64,000 bases of DNA from an uncultured Clostridia bacterium (GCA_947623555.1 CANQGW010000001.1:20691-84690); one strand, 5' to 3'. Shown: positions 8,011-18,422, numbered from the stretch's first letter. Notes: generated from the sequence alone by a model not told the origin. A program made the numbers and translations.

Positions 8011-9866
8011 TAGGCTATAGCGTGGAAAGGACAAACCGTAATACAAGTCCCACACTTAATACATTTTTCCTCGTCTATATGATGCTTTTTGCCAGGTTCT
8101 CCTGAAATTGCTTCTACTGGGCAATTACGTTTACACATACTGCACCCTCTACACTTTTCTTCATCTATTTGAATTTTAGCAAGTGCCTTACATTCACCAG
8201 TTTTGCATAGTTTTTCTTGTACATGCTCTTCATATTCATTTCTAAAATATTTTAAAGTAGAAAGTACTGGGTTTGGTGCTGACTGACCTAGTCCACATAC
8301 AGCTGTTTTAGGAATGTTAGTAGCTAATTCCTCTAATTTCTCCAAGTCTAAAGGTGTTCCCTCACCATTTGATATTTTTTCTAATAGTTCTAACATTCTT
8401 TTTGTACCTATTCTACAAGGTGTACATTTTCCGCAAGATTCATCTACTGTAAAACTTAAATAGAATTTTGCTAAATTTACCATACACTTTGTATCATCCA
8501 TAACAATTAGTCCACCAGAACCCATCATAGAGCCTATTTCTTTTAATGATTCATAATCAATTGGTGTATCTAAATGCTGTTTTGGTATGCAACCACCAGA
8601 AGGTCCACCTGTTTGAGCAGCTTTAAAGTCTCTTCCATTTGGTATGCCCCCGCCAATATCATAAACTATTTCTCTTAAAGTTGTTCCCATTGGCACTTCT
8701 ACTAGTCCTACATTTACTACATTGCCTCCTAAAGCAAATACTTTAGTTCCTTTAGAGCCTTCTGTTCCAATACTTGAATACCACTTTGCACCATTTAATA
8801 TAATTCTAGTAATATTTGCATACGTTTCTACATTATTAATTAAAGTTGGTTTACCCCATAGTCCGCTATTTGCAGGATATGGTGGTTTTACTCTTGGTTG
8901 ACCACGTTTCCCTTCTATTGATTCTAGAAGTGCAGTTTCTTCTCCACATACAAAAGCTCCCGCTCCTAAACGAATTTCTATATCAAAACTAAAGTTAGTT
9001 CCAAAAATATTATTACCTAATAAGCCATACTCTCTTGCTTGCTTAATAGCTACTCCAAACCTTTGAACTGCAATAGGGTATTCTGCCCTAACATATATGT
9101 ATCCTTGGTTTGCACCTATTGCAAACCCTGCAATTATCATTGATTCTACAACAGAATGTGGATCTCCTTCTAATATGCTTCTATCCATAAATGCTCCTGG
9201 GTCGCCTTCATCTGCATTACATACTACATATTTTTGCTTTTCTGCTACATCTTTAGTAAGTCTCCACTTTTTGCCAGTAGGAAATCCAGCTCCTCCTCTA
9301 CCCCTTAAGCCAGATGCTTCTATTTCATTAATTACTTCATCTGGAGTCATTTCAAGCAAAACTTTTTCTAGTGCTTTATATCCATCAAAAGCAATATATT
9401 CATCTATATTTTCAGGGTCTATTTTTCCGCAGTTTTTAAGTGCTATTCTTTTTTGCTTTTTATAAAAAGTTAAGTCATCTAATTTTTGAACCTTACTTCC
9501 ATCAATATCTTTGCAAAGCAGGCGGTCTACTGTTTTCCCTTCTATAATATGTGTTTGTATAATTTCTTCGCAGTCTTCCGGTGATACCATTGCATAGAAG
9601 GTATCATCTGGTCTAATTATTACAATTGGACCTTTAGCACATAAACCAAAACAACCAGTTTGAATTACACGTACATTTTCTAACTTTTTTTCTTTTATAA
9701 TTTTTCTAAAATTTTCAATAATTTTAGGTGATTTTGATGATGTACAGCCTGTTCCATGACATACCAAAATATGTTTTTCCTTTGCTCCTACTTTACTATT
9801 TACTCTTAAATCTAATTCTTTTCTTTTTTCTTCTCTTATTTTTCTTATTTTTTCCAATGTGTTCAA
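8010..9866 (-). CDS. hydB: NuoF-like NAD(P)H-binding flavoprotein subunit of the hydrogenase (HydB/HndC)
   Basis: GLRGRGGAGFPTGKKW (FMN/NADH site), an N-terminal thioredoxin-like 2Fe-2S and C-terminal 2x[4Fe-4S] ferredoxin motifs are present. Confidence 0.9.
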   Translation of the reverse strand: MNTLEKIRKIREEKRKELDLRVNSKVGAKEKHILVCHGTGCTSSKSPKIIENFRKIIKEKKLENVRVIQTGCFGLCAKGPIVIIRPDDTFYAMVSPEDCEEIIQTHIIEGKTVDRLLCKDIDGSKVQKLDDLTFYKKQKRIALKNCGKIDPENIDEYIAFDGYKALEKVLLEMTPDEVINEIEASGLRGRGGAGFPTGKKWRLTKDVAEKQKYVVCNADEGDPGAFMDRSILEGDPHSVVESMIIAGFAIGANQGYIYVRAEYPIAVQRFGVAIKQAREYGLLGNNIFGTNFSFDIEIRLGAGAFVCGEETALLESIEGKRGQPRVKPPYPANSGLWGKPTLINNVETYANITRIILNGAKWYSSIGTEGSKGTKVFALGGNVVNVGLVEVPMGTTLREIVYDIGGGIPNGRDFKAAQTGGPSGGCIPKQHLDTPIDYESLKEIGSMMGSGGLIVMDDTKCMVNLAKFYLSFTVDESCGKCTPCRIGTKRMLELLEKISNGEGTPLDLEKLEELATNIPKTAVCGLGQSAPNPVLSTLKYFRNEYEEHVQEKLCKTGECKALAKIQIDEEKCRGCSMCKRNCPVEAISGEPGKKHHIDEEKCIKCGTCITVCPFHAIA

Positions 9867-9941
9867 TTTATTTGCTCCTTCCTATTAGTATTTTAAATTA
9901 TCATTTTACACTTAATTTTGATATGTTTATTATGTTTTTTT

Positions 9942-10424
9942 CTATTGTAAACTATCTAACACCTCATCTAGCTTCTTAACAGTAGCCTTACCATAAACCT
10001 CACCATTTACAGTAAAAACTGGTGCTATGCCACACGCACCAACACAACGCGTGCTATCTACTGAAAACTTTCCATCAGGAGTAGTTTCACCCTCACCAAT
10101 ATTTAACCTTTGTTTTAGGCGCTCCATAATTTTTTCAGAACCCTTTACAAAACAAGCAGTACCTAAACATACAGAAATTGTATACTTTCCCTTTGGCTTT
10201 AGGGTAAACCTAGAATAAAAAGTAATAACTCCATAAACCTCTGCCATTGGAATTTTTAAGTATTCTGAAATTTTCATTTGTGCTATTTTAGGAATATAAC
10301 CATATTTCATTTGTACTTCATTTAGTATAGTAATTAAATTGTCCTTACTATCTGTATATTTTTCTAAAATTTCATTTAATTCTTTCTCTAATTTTTTATC
10401 CATACAACAACTATTTTTTTCCAT
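9942..10424 (-). CDS. hydC: NuoE-like 2Fe-2S subunit of the hydrogenase (HydC/HndA)
   Basis: The pattern CLGTAC...CVGACGIAP is typical of the NuoE/HydC 2Fe-2S site, and the gene sits upstream of hydB. Confidence 0.85.
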   Translation of the reverse strand: MEKNSCCMDKKLEKELNEILEKYTDSKDNLITILNEVQMKYGYIPKIAQMKISEYLKIPMAEVYGVITFYSRFTLKPKGKYTISVCLGTACFVKGSEKIMERLKQRLNIGEGETTPDGKFSVDSTRCVGACGIAPVFTVNGEVYGKATVKKLDEVLDSLQ

Positions 10425-10512
10425 TTTTAATTCTCCTCGTATAAGAATAACACTTATATTATTCTTTCTTCTCCTTTCTTATAATTATTTATCTAACATT
10501 AAAAATATGTAT

Positions 10513-11622
10513 TTATTCAAATTTTATTTTACTATCAATTGGGCAAATTTGTATAAAAGTTTTACCATCATTTACTTTAATTTCATTTCCATTTAAATCT
10601 TCATACACTGTTTTTCCACTTCTAGACGTTTTTTGACATTTAATAGGAATATATTTACCATTTGTAATATAGTAACCATCAAGTGTTTTTATATTGTCTA
10701 ATGTTTGTCTACCAGTATTAGTTCCATCATTCAATGTAGTATTTTTACATTTTGTAATAATAATGTTTTTAGCAAAAACAGTTTCACCAGAATTCCAGTC
10801 TGTTTGCTTTTTATCTCTAGAATATCTAATATATGTTTTGGTTTCTGCATCATATATGTATTTTACTGTGTTGTAAGCAGAATATGGAATTGTAACTTTG
10901 TTTGCAATATTTGTTACTTTTTCTTCTATAGATGTTGTTCCTTCTTCTGTTTGTACCTCTTTTTCTTCTTTTATATCCTCTAAATCAAAGTCTTTTGCCA
11001 CATAATTTAATACGCTTCCGTTATTTGAAGTAGTTTTAAAGTCTCTGCTTTTTATCATTGCATCTAACCTTTTAGTTGAAGTTACAGCATTATGCGGTGC
11101 ATACCTGCTACTTACCCTCCAAAAGTTGGTTGTGCTTTCATAAATTCCATTAATATGATCCACTTTAAGTGATTCAAGATCGGCTTTAGCTTGTGGGCTT
11201 TGACCATAATGTATATAAATTGCATCATTTTCTAATGCATAATCTATAAAGTAATGTCTTGCACTTCTTAATGGACCTATTTGGTCTATATTTTTATTTT
11301 TTATAACTGCCATTAGCCTAGTTTCTCCGCCCTCTACTATAATTTCATAAACTAGGTCAGCCTCCAGTAAACCGGCCTGCGGCATAGCATTAATGTTATT
11401 ATCTATCATAAATGCTATTGGTCTTTCATTTCCAGCAAATGTTTTAGGTTCTTCTAATACCTCTTCTTTAGTTTCTGCACTGTTATCTACATTAGCGCTA
11501 CCTATTGTTTTATTTTCTTTAACGAATTTGATAGCTATAAGAGCTCCTGCTATAAGAATTAAAATTAATAAAATTACTGTTAATATGCCTAAACTACTTG
11601 TAGATTTTTTAGATTTCCTCAT
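10513..11622 (-). CDS. DUF3048 (YerB-like) membrane-anchored protein
   Basis: It has an N-terminal TM anchor, and PIAFMIDNNINAMPQAGLLEADLVYEIIVEGGETRLMAV matches my memory of DUF3048. Confidence 0.65.
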   Translation of the reverse strand: MRKSKKSTSSLGILTVILLILILIAGALIAIKFVKENKTIGSANVDNSAETKEEVLEEPKTFAGNERPIAFMIDNNINAMPQAGLLEADLVYEIIVEGGETRLMAVIKNKNIDQIGPLRSARHYFIDYALENDAIYIHYGQSPQAKADLESLKVDHINGIYESTTNFWRVSSRYAPHNAVTSTKRLDAMIKSRDFKTTSNNGSVLNYVAKDFDLEDIKEEKEVQTEEGTTSIEEKVTNIANKVTIPYSAYNTVKYIYDAETKTYIRYSRDKKQTDWNSGETVFAKNIIITKCKNTTLNDGTNTGRQTLDNIKTLDGYYITNGKYIPIKCQKTSRSGKTVYEDLNGNEIKVNDGKTFIQICPIDSKIKFE

Positions 11623-11683
11623 ATTATCTTTTGAAATTTCTATAATGTAGAAACCTCTTCCTCCTTTTTAATTATTTGTAAAT

Positions 11684-12895
11684 TTAAATAATCATTTTTA
11701 AAGTAGTAGTAATTCCATACAATATTAAAACTAAAAATGTTCCCAAACATGCACTAAAAATAACTTCTGATAGTTTATGTTCTTTTGCTGCAATTCTACT
11801 TTCTGCTATTAAAATTGCCATTATTAACGACAAAATTAAAACAATGAAATTTTTTGTTAAAACCCAAATAATTGTATTTGCTGCAAAAGCAATAGTTACA
11901 TGTCCACTTGGCACAAACTTTTCATTTAAAGCTTTGTGCTTGTTTGATTTTGCATAAGCTATTAAAGCTAAAACTGCAATAATTGTAATAACCATAATTG
12001 CAAATGCTAAATGGCTTGGAGAATTTGTCACATTTTTAATAAAATTTAGCCCAATATCTGCTATTTTATCAAAGAATAAAAAGTAAGCTACAATTACTGC
12101 ATTAATTGTAGTAATAACCACCCCTCCTGCTGCCACATCTTTTGCAATTTTAGCTTTTGGATGGTATACGTCAATATATAAATCTACTACTGTTTCAATT
12201 GCTGTATTTACCATTTCTGCAAATATAATTAAAACAATAGTAAACAAAAAGCATAAAAATTCTGCACGATTTAAATCAAAGAAAAGGCTTATTATTACAA
12301 CTGCTACTGCAATTAAAAGCTGTCTTTTTATATTACTTTGTGTAGTAGTTGCATATATAATGCCATTAAATGCATTTTTCCATGAGTCTATAAAATGATG
12401 ATTTCCTAACCTTTCCTCCTCTCTTGTGATATTTAACATTGTAAGTACATTTTCTTCTTTTTCCCTCATCCTAGCTTTTTCGTCTTCTTCTATATGGTCA
12501 TAACCCATTAAATGATAAAAGCCATGAACTAACATATATGCAAGTTCTCTTTCAAAACTATGACCATATTCTTTTGCCTGCTCTTTTACCTTTGGAATAG
12601 ATACTATAATATCGCCTAATGTTTCTTGCACTTCTGAACTATTTGATATTACATTAGCTAATTCTTGCTTTTCAAACATTGGAAATGATAAAACATCAGT
12701 TGGCTTATTTATGGCTCTATATTTGTTATTTAGCTCTTGAATAGTTTGTGGGTTTGTTAAAGTAACACAAATATATAAAGAGGTAGGATTAATATGCTCT
12801 ACCTCAAAACATTTTTGCAATACTTTTTCAATTAAATTTTCTATATTTGTTTGTTTTTTTATTCCTTGCCATACAATTTCTGATACTTTATTCAT
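11684..12895 (-). CDS. ybeY: fusion protein: rRNA maturation RNase YbeY + diacylglycerol/undecaprenol kinase DgkA + PAP2-like tail
   Basis: HGFYHLMGYDH is the YbeY zinc motif. EMVNTAIETVVD and AKDVAAGGV are DgkA motifs. The C-terminal PSGH and SRIAAKEH resemble PAP2 motifs C2 and C3. All three lie in a single uninterrupted 403-aa ORF. Confidence 0.75.
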   Translation of the reverse strand: MNKVSEIVWQGIKKQTNIENLIEKVLQKCFEVEHINPTSLYICVTLTNPQTIQELNNKYRAINKPTDVLSFPMFEKQELANVISNSSEVQETLGDIIVSIPKVKEQAKEYGHSFERELAYMLVHGFYHLMGYDHIEEDEKARMREKEENVLTMLNITREEERLGNHHFIDSWKNAFNGIIYATTTQSNIKRQLLIAVAVVIISLFFDLNRAEFLCFLFTIVLIIFAEMVNTAIETVVDLYIDVYHPKAKIAKDVAAGGVVITTINAVIVAYFLFFDKIADIGLNFIKNVTNSPSHLAFAIMVITIIAVLALIAYAKSNKHKALNEKFVPSGHVTIAFAANTIIWVLTKNFIVLILSLIMAILIAESRIAAKEHKLSEVIFSACLGTFLVLILYGITTTLKMII

Positions 12896-12909
12896 TTTTA
12901 TATTTCCTT

Positions 12910-14139
12910 TTATGCTATTTTATTTTTTTGTTTAGTGTATTTTCCTAGTGACTGGCAACTATTTTTTACAACCCTCATTGCACCTAATTCCACTAATTTA
13001 TTGTAATAAAATTGAATAATTTTGTAATGTTTATTTAAATCCTTGCGTAGTTTCTTTAGCTCATTTTTTAAAAATAATATTTGTTTTTCTTTTATATAAT
13101 CTATATAGTTAGTATTTTTTCCTTTACTTACTTCTTGATATTCCTTCCAAAATTCTTTATACTCTTCACGTGCTTGTGGTTTGTCCCAATAAATTTTAGT
13201 AGATAATAGTTTCACATCATATTCTTCTATTAGTGAAAGCAATAATGAATATGCCTTTTCTTGCTTGCGTGCAACTTTTGTATCTACTATTAAGCTTCTA
13301 GTATCCTGTAATAATTTTTCATAGCATTGTTCTGCTACAATTAATGGCAAACTATGTGTAAATAGTTTACGACTTAATCCTAATAAAATCATATTTTTTT
13401 CAATATTATCATTTTGATCTAATTTACCAACTGTAAATCTTTCAAAGTTTTGGTAGTCATCTAAAATGCTTTGATATACTTTGTTTTCTGGGTCTTGTTT
13501 CATTTTTAATGGTAAAATATTTTCTATGTAATCTTCTAATGTAGAAAATATTTTATTATATACTTCATCTTTAGCACCAGAACTTAAATTGTCTGCTAGT
13601 TTAATAGAATAATGCTTTAGTAAACCTTTATATAAGCTTTCCATTTGATATGTATATAACTCTTTGTACTTTTCTATTAAAGATTCTTTTCCAGATATCT
13701 CTACTGTTTGATAATCTATATTTAATAAATACATTTGCTTTCTATATTTATACTCTAAATATTCGGTTTCTTTTAAATGAACAATAACATAATATTGTGA
13801 TAATGCATTTTTTTCGAAGTCAGTTGCGGTTTCATTTTTTACCTTTTTATAAATTGAATCTAAAATATATTTATCTATTGACTCTAAATACAAAGCATAA
13901 ATATCTTCAAACTTTTTTGTAATACTTTCTTGTTTTTGTTGATCATTTAAGTTTTCGCTATTTATATATGCTTCATAAGCTTTTAGAGCATTATTTCTTT
14001 TAATAGAAATAAGCATTCCATTAAGTCCGATTTTAGTTGGTATTAGTAGTTTTGTAATAGTTTTGGTTAATTTTGAGAAAAATGTCTTTTCTTGGTATAC
14101 TCTTAAACTTCTTTCTTCCATAGCTTTTCTTCCTTTCAA
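12910..14139 (-). CDS. hypothetical protein (coiled-coil rich, no family recognised)
   Basis: This clean 409-aa ORF overlaps the yqfD stop by 4 nt, which suggests operon coupling. It occupies the slot where phoH sits in Bacillus. Confidence 0.6.
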   Translation of the reverse strand: MKGRKAMEERSLRVYQEKTFFSKLTKTITKLLIPTKIGLNGMLISIKRNNALKAYEAYINSENLNDQQKQESITKKFEDIYALYLESIDKYILDSIYKKVKNETATDFEKNALSQYYVIVHLKETEYLEYKYRKQMYLLNIDYQTVEISGKESLIEKYKELYTYQMESLYKGLLKHYSIKLADNLSSGAKDEVYNKIFSTLEDYIENILPLKMKQDPENKVYQSILDDYQNFERFTVGKLDQNDNIEKNMILLGLSRKLFTHSLPLIVAEQCYEKLLQDTRSLIVDTKVARKQEKAYSLLLSLIEEYDVKLLSTKIYWDKPQAREEYKEFWKEYQEVSKGKNTNYIDYIKEKQILFLKNELKKLRKDLNKHYKIIQFYYNKLVELGAMRVVKNSCQSLGKYTKQKNKIA

Positions 14140-15320
14140 AATACAATTTTTTCTTTTGCTTCAATGTTTTCTAATACTTCGTAAATAACTTCAACCTCTA
14201 TATAATCTGCACCATTTTCAACATTAACATTTTTATTTACAATTGCTTCTTTATTTTGCACCATTTCATCTAACTTTTTAGTTGCTTCTTCTATTGCAAT
14301 ATTTTTTGCCTCCTCTTGAGTATATGTTATTTGCCTGTCTTCATACTCCTGAAAGGTTTTGGTATGTATTTCAATTGGTAAATAAAAATTAGAAAATAGT
14401 TTTAATTTTTTTGTTGTTTCTATTGTATCATACTTTTTAAATTTTGAAACCCTTTTCGATAAATTTATTTCAAAATTATTTATCTTTACGGAATATTTAT
14501 TTTCCTCCTGCCCAGTTTTTGCTTTTTGCACTTGATTTAGCTCTATTTTTGCTTTTTGAGAATACCAAACTTTAGCCTGAACCTCGCCATTTGCGTGCAC
14601 ATACCTCGTTCCTGTATACTTTCCTTCTAGCCAACCACCTACTAATATACTACCTTTCGTAACAATGTCTCCTTCTTTTACTACGGGTGTGCCGTTTTGA
14701 GCTGTTACTTTTGTTATCATTCCATCTTTTGTTGCAACAAGATTACAATATTCGTCTTCCTTAATTATATCTGGTTTTACATCTGCTTCCACAATTTTAA
14801 CTATTGCATTTGTGCCATTTATTTGTATACCTATCCAAGCAATATCTGCTCTTTTTAATCGAATTTGCTGAACTATTTCATTTGTTTTCATTCCTATTTT
14901 ACACTTACCAATTTCAAAATTATTTTCTTTTAAAAGATTTAATATTTCAGCTTTTTCAATAGTTTCATTTCCTGTAATTTCAATATTCCAAATAAAATTA
15001 GATAAAGCTATAATTGAAAGTATTATTAGCAAAAAGGAAATTACAAATATTTTTCTTTTTTTATATTTATGCATAAAAAAAGGAATCCCCTTCTTTTTTT
15101 GCATTTTTACTTTACATTTTGTTTTTTTAGCAATTGGTTTTAATTTTTTAAAATCTTTTATACCAATATTAAATATTACTTTAGTAGAATGTGTTCTTTT
15201 TAAATTCCACAAAAATATCTTTTGACTATTGCAATAATTCATAAAACGCTCTATAAAGTAACCTTCTACTTCAATAGTAACATATCCTAGAATAATATTT
15301 AGTAATATTTTAAAGTACAA
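14136..15320 (-). CDS. yqfD: sporulation protein YqfD
   Basis: The ~394-aa length, a central TM segment and its position directly after yqfC all fit. The N-terminus (ILGYVTIEVEGYFIERFMN) is YqfD-like. Confidence 0.8.
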   Translation of the reverse strand: MYFKILLNIILGYVTIEVEGYFIERFMNYCNSQKIFLWNLKRTHSTKVIFNIGIKDFKKLKPIAKKTKCKVKMQKKKGIPFFMHKYKKRKIFVISFLLIILSIIALSNFIWNIEITGNETIEKAEILNLLKENNFEIGKCKIGMKTNEIVQQIRLKRADIAWIGIQINGTNAIVKIVEADVKPDIIKEDEYCNLVATKDGMITKVTAQNGTPVVKEGDIVTKGSILVGGWLEGKYTGTRYVHANGEVQAKVWYSQKAKIELNQVQKAKTGQEENKYSVKINNFEINLSKRVSKFKKYDTIETTKKLKLFSNFYLPIEIHTKTFQEYEDRQITYTQEEAKNIAIEEATKKLDEMVQNKEAIVNKNVNVENGADYIEVEVIYEVLENIEAKEKIVF

Positions 15321-15335
15321 TTTTAATCCCCCTTT

Positions 15336-15632
15336 TTATTCTTCTGTTATAGTTTCAAAGTCAACGCCTTCTATTTTGCCTGTTATTAAAAGGTCATCAG
15401 TTGTCATTTCATTTAAATTAAGTTCATAGCCATTAATATTTAAAATTCCTATATATGTACTAATACGAATATAAAAATCTTGATACTCCAAAATTGCTTT
15501 GTAGTTTTCAATAAGCATTTTTTCAAAACCAAGTATTGTTATTTTAGGTATATTACTAGAAATTTCTGCTGGCATTTCTAATAATTTATTTACTTTATTT
15601 TGAATTTTATTTTCTCTCCTTCTTTTTGCCAT
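15336..15632 (-). CDS. yqfC: sporulation protein YqfC (YabP family)
   Basis: This is a 98-aa protein whose core (ITILGFEKMLIENYKAILEYQDFYIRI) is YabP/YqfC-like. It lies upstream of yqfD. Confidence 0.8.
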   Translation of the reverse strand: MAKRRRENKIQNKVNKLLEMPAEISSNIPKITILGFEKMLIENYKAILEYQDFYIRISTYIGILNINGYELNLNEMTTDDLLITGKIEGVDFETITEE

Positions 15633-15666
15633 TTGCTATCTTCCTCACCTTTTATAAAATTTAAGT

Positions 15667-16066
15667 TTACTTTTCAAATTCATCAAGTGTTTTAAATTCA
15701 TAACCCATATTTTTAATTTCTTTAATACAACTATCTAAAATATTGCTATTATCTTTTGAATTTCCATGGAGTAAAATAACTGCACCATTATGAACATTAT
15801 CTAATATCTTTTTCTTTCCATATTCTTCTCTTCCTTGTTTGTTTTCGTCCCAGTCATCGTATGCAACAGACCACATTACTGTTTTGTATCCCAATGTATT
15901 AGTGTATGCTATGGTTCTTTGGCTAAATTCACCTTTAGGCGGTCTTATATACTTCATTTCATAGCTAAATTTCTCATAAATTGCTGTATGTAAATCCATA
16001 ACCTCTTTGTTAATTTGTTCATTAGTTATATCTGGCATAGATTTATGGTTAACAGTATGATTTCCT
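15667..16066 (-). pseudogene. pdaA: 3' segment of the split pdaA (delta-lactam-biosynthetic de-N-acetylase)
   Basis: The in-frame reading from the junction is (G)NHTVNHKSMPDITNEQ...IRPPKGEFSQRT...VMWSVAYDDWDENKQ...ILLHGNS. A stop codon lies immediately upstream of the junction core. Confidence 0.8.
16056..16066. repeat. 11-bp direct repeat (candidate att core) at the junction with the pdaA 3' segment
   Basis: TATGATTTCCT is identical to 18635-18645. Confidence 0.75.
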
Positions 16067-16130
16067 TATTCCTTAAGTCCAGTATTAGTTAAATTTTAAG
16101 CTAATACTGAATTTAAAGTTTTAGCTTCGA

Positions 16131-17730
16131 CTATATGCATCTTTCAAACTTAAATTTTATGAATATATTTTTATCGCTATCAAATTCTATTTTCTCTATT
16201 AGTTTTTCATACATTTCTTTTGTTACGTTTTTTAAACTTAATATTTCTTTTATCTGTTTTAGAATTTTATTTATATCCACTTTTTCTAACTCTTCTTTTT
16301 GTTTTTTTATTTCATATTCCAAAATTTTTATTTCATTTGAAATTTTTGTTTTTTCCTCGATTTTTTTAGAATAAAATTTTTCAAAATCCTCCTGTCTAAT
16401 TATTTTATTTACTTTATCTTGATATATTTCTTCTAGCATATTATTAATTTTTTCTAATTCTAACTTATTTATTTTTAGCTTCTTTTCTAATTTATCTATT
16501 TCTTCTTTTGCTTTTATTTGAGAATTTTTATAAATGTCTTTTAACTCTCCTCTTGAGTATGTAACTTTTTCTATTTCTTTTATTAATTCTTTTTTTATTT
16601 GTTCTTCTATATAATCTGCTCGTATTTGCTTATTATTACAATTTCTTCTATTACTATTTTTATTAGAACATATAAAATAATCTACTCTCCATTCCTTGCC
16701 TGATTTTCTTTCTTCTACTCTAGTTCTTAATGTTGCTACTCCGCATGCATTCTTTGCAAAATATTAAACCTTTAAGAGGATGATTAAATTTCCTTGTTCT
16801 TACAGCATGCTTATTTTTTATTTTTTCCTGTGCTTTATTCCATGTTTGCATATCTATAATTGGTTCATGCATATTTTCCACTATTATATATTCTTCTGGA
16901 TTTGTTGTTCTCACTTTGGCAATTTTATGACTTACTTTTTGAAATTTCCTACCAACCACATTTCCAATATATACTTCATTTTTTAATATTTTTCCTATTT
17001 GAGTTCTGTGCCATATATATTTGCCATCTCTATTACTACTTTCTCTTTTTATAAAAGTTGGTATTTTTAAATATATAGCCGGTGCTAATATATCTCTTTT
17101 ATTTAATTCATCTGCTATTTTTTGTGGTGACATTCCTTTATTTACATACATGTTAAATATTTCTTTTATAATTTCTGCTGCATATTCATCAATAATTAAA
17201 TGATTTTTTGTTGTTTTATCCTTTTTATAACCATACGGTGCTATTCCTCCTTGAAATTCCCCTTTTTCTATTTTTCTAAATTTCACACTTTTTATTTTAT
17301 TTGAAATATCTTGTGCATAATAATCGTTAAAACTTAATTTAAATGTTAAAAATTGAAGTCCATCAGGTCTTAAAGTATCTACATTATCTCCAATTGCAAT
17401 ATACCTTATTGAGTTAGATGGAAAATATCTTTCTAAATAATAGCCTGTATCGATATGATCTCGTCCAAATCTCGATAAATCTTTGGTTATAATGCAGTTT
17501 ATTTTTTCATCTTGAATATCTTTTAACATCTCCATAAAACCTGGTCTGTTAAAATTTGTTCCCGTAAAGCCATCATCTGCATATTCTTTTACTTCTTCTA
17601 AATCATCATGTTCATTAATGTAATTATCAATAATATCCCTTTGATTTTCTATACTTTCACTTTCTCGATCATCTCCATCATCCCTAGATAACCTCATATA
17701 TTTAGCAACTTTATATATTTTATTTTTCAT
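16131..17730 (-). pseudogene. large serine recombinase (SpoIVCA/TndX-like) with one frameshift
   Basis: The N-terminal resolvase domain (YMRLSRDDGDDRESESIENQ, catalytic Ser) and the recombinase domain are followed by the zinc-ribbon start GLIFCKEC. The frame breaks between 16723 and 16763. My translation of the other frame continues open (ATLRTRVEERKSGKEWRVDYFICSNKNSNRRNC...) into the coiled-coil ORF 16131-16439. Confidence 0.8.
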
Positions 17731-17939
17731 ATTATTTTTCTCCTATGCATTTTATTAAAATATCTTTCAAAATTTCCTTTAAATCTTCTATACCATATTC
17801 TACATAAACTTTATTTTGCAACTTTATTTCCTCCTCATAATATTTTATTTAATAATATGAAATAGAGAAAAAAATATAACAAAAAAAATAACTATTGGAT
17901 TTTATATTTCCTTTAGTTATTTTTTATTTATATACTTAA

Positions 17940-18422
17940 TTAATCTTTATTTATTAAATGTACAGGATATTTTCCTTCTTTTAAAACTGCTTGTATTTTT
18001 GCTGGCATTAATGGAATTTGATCTATCTTGTTTTTTTCTATCCATTCATATTGTAAGTAATCTTTTCCTTCTATATTTTTTATTGTATCTTGTATTAATT
18101 TATCTTTTTCTTCTTTAAATTCAGCTAAATATACAAATTCTATTTCGTGGTATTTCTTTCCTTTCATTACAAAGAAATTTTCTACTGTTGATATATAATC
18201 TATTATTTCAATTTCTTTTCCTATTTCTTCCTTTATTTCTCTTTTTATAGTAGTTATCGAATCTTCTCCTAATTCTACTCTCCCTCCCATTAAAGCATAA
18301 TGGTCTGAATTTATATTTTTATGAACCAATACTTTATTATTATGAACTATTACTGCTGCTGCTCTAACATTTAATACATAATCTTGTACTTCTATTGTTA
18401 TATCCATATTTAGTATTTTCAC
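17940..18422 (-). CDS. NUDIX hydrolase
   Basis: The Nudix box GGRVELGEDSITTIKREIKEEIG is present. The gene lies inside the intervening element. Confidence 0.85.
   Translation of the reverse strand: MKILNMDITIEVQDYVLNVRAAAVIVHNNKVLVHKNINSDHYALMGGRVELGEDSITTIKREIKEEIGKEIEIIDYISTVENFFVMKGKKYHEIEFVYLAEFKEEKDKLIQDTIKNIEGKDYLQYEWIEKNKIDQIPLMPAKIQAVLKEGKYPVHLINKD

Noticed and set aside
16440-16719. An apparent non-coding gap between the two recombinase ORFs inside the element.
   Set aside because: My translation shows this stretch is an open frame continuous with 16131-16439 (zinc ribbon and coiled coil of the same serine recombinase). It is missing from the track only because it lacks an internal start codon.
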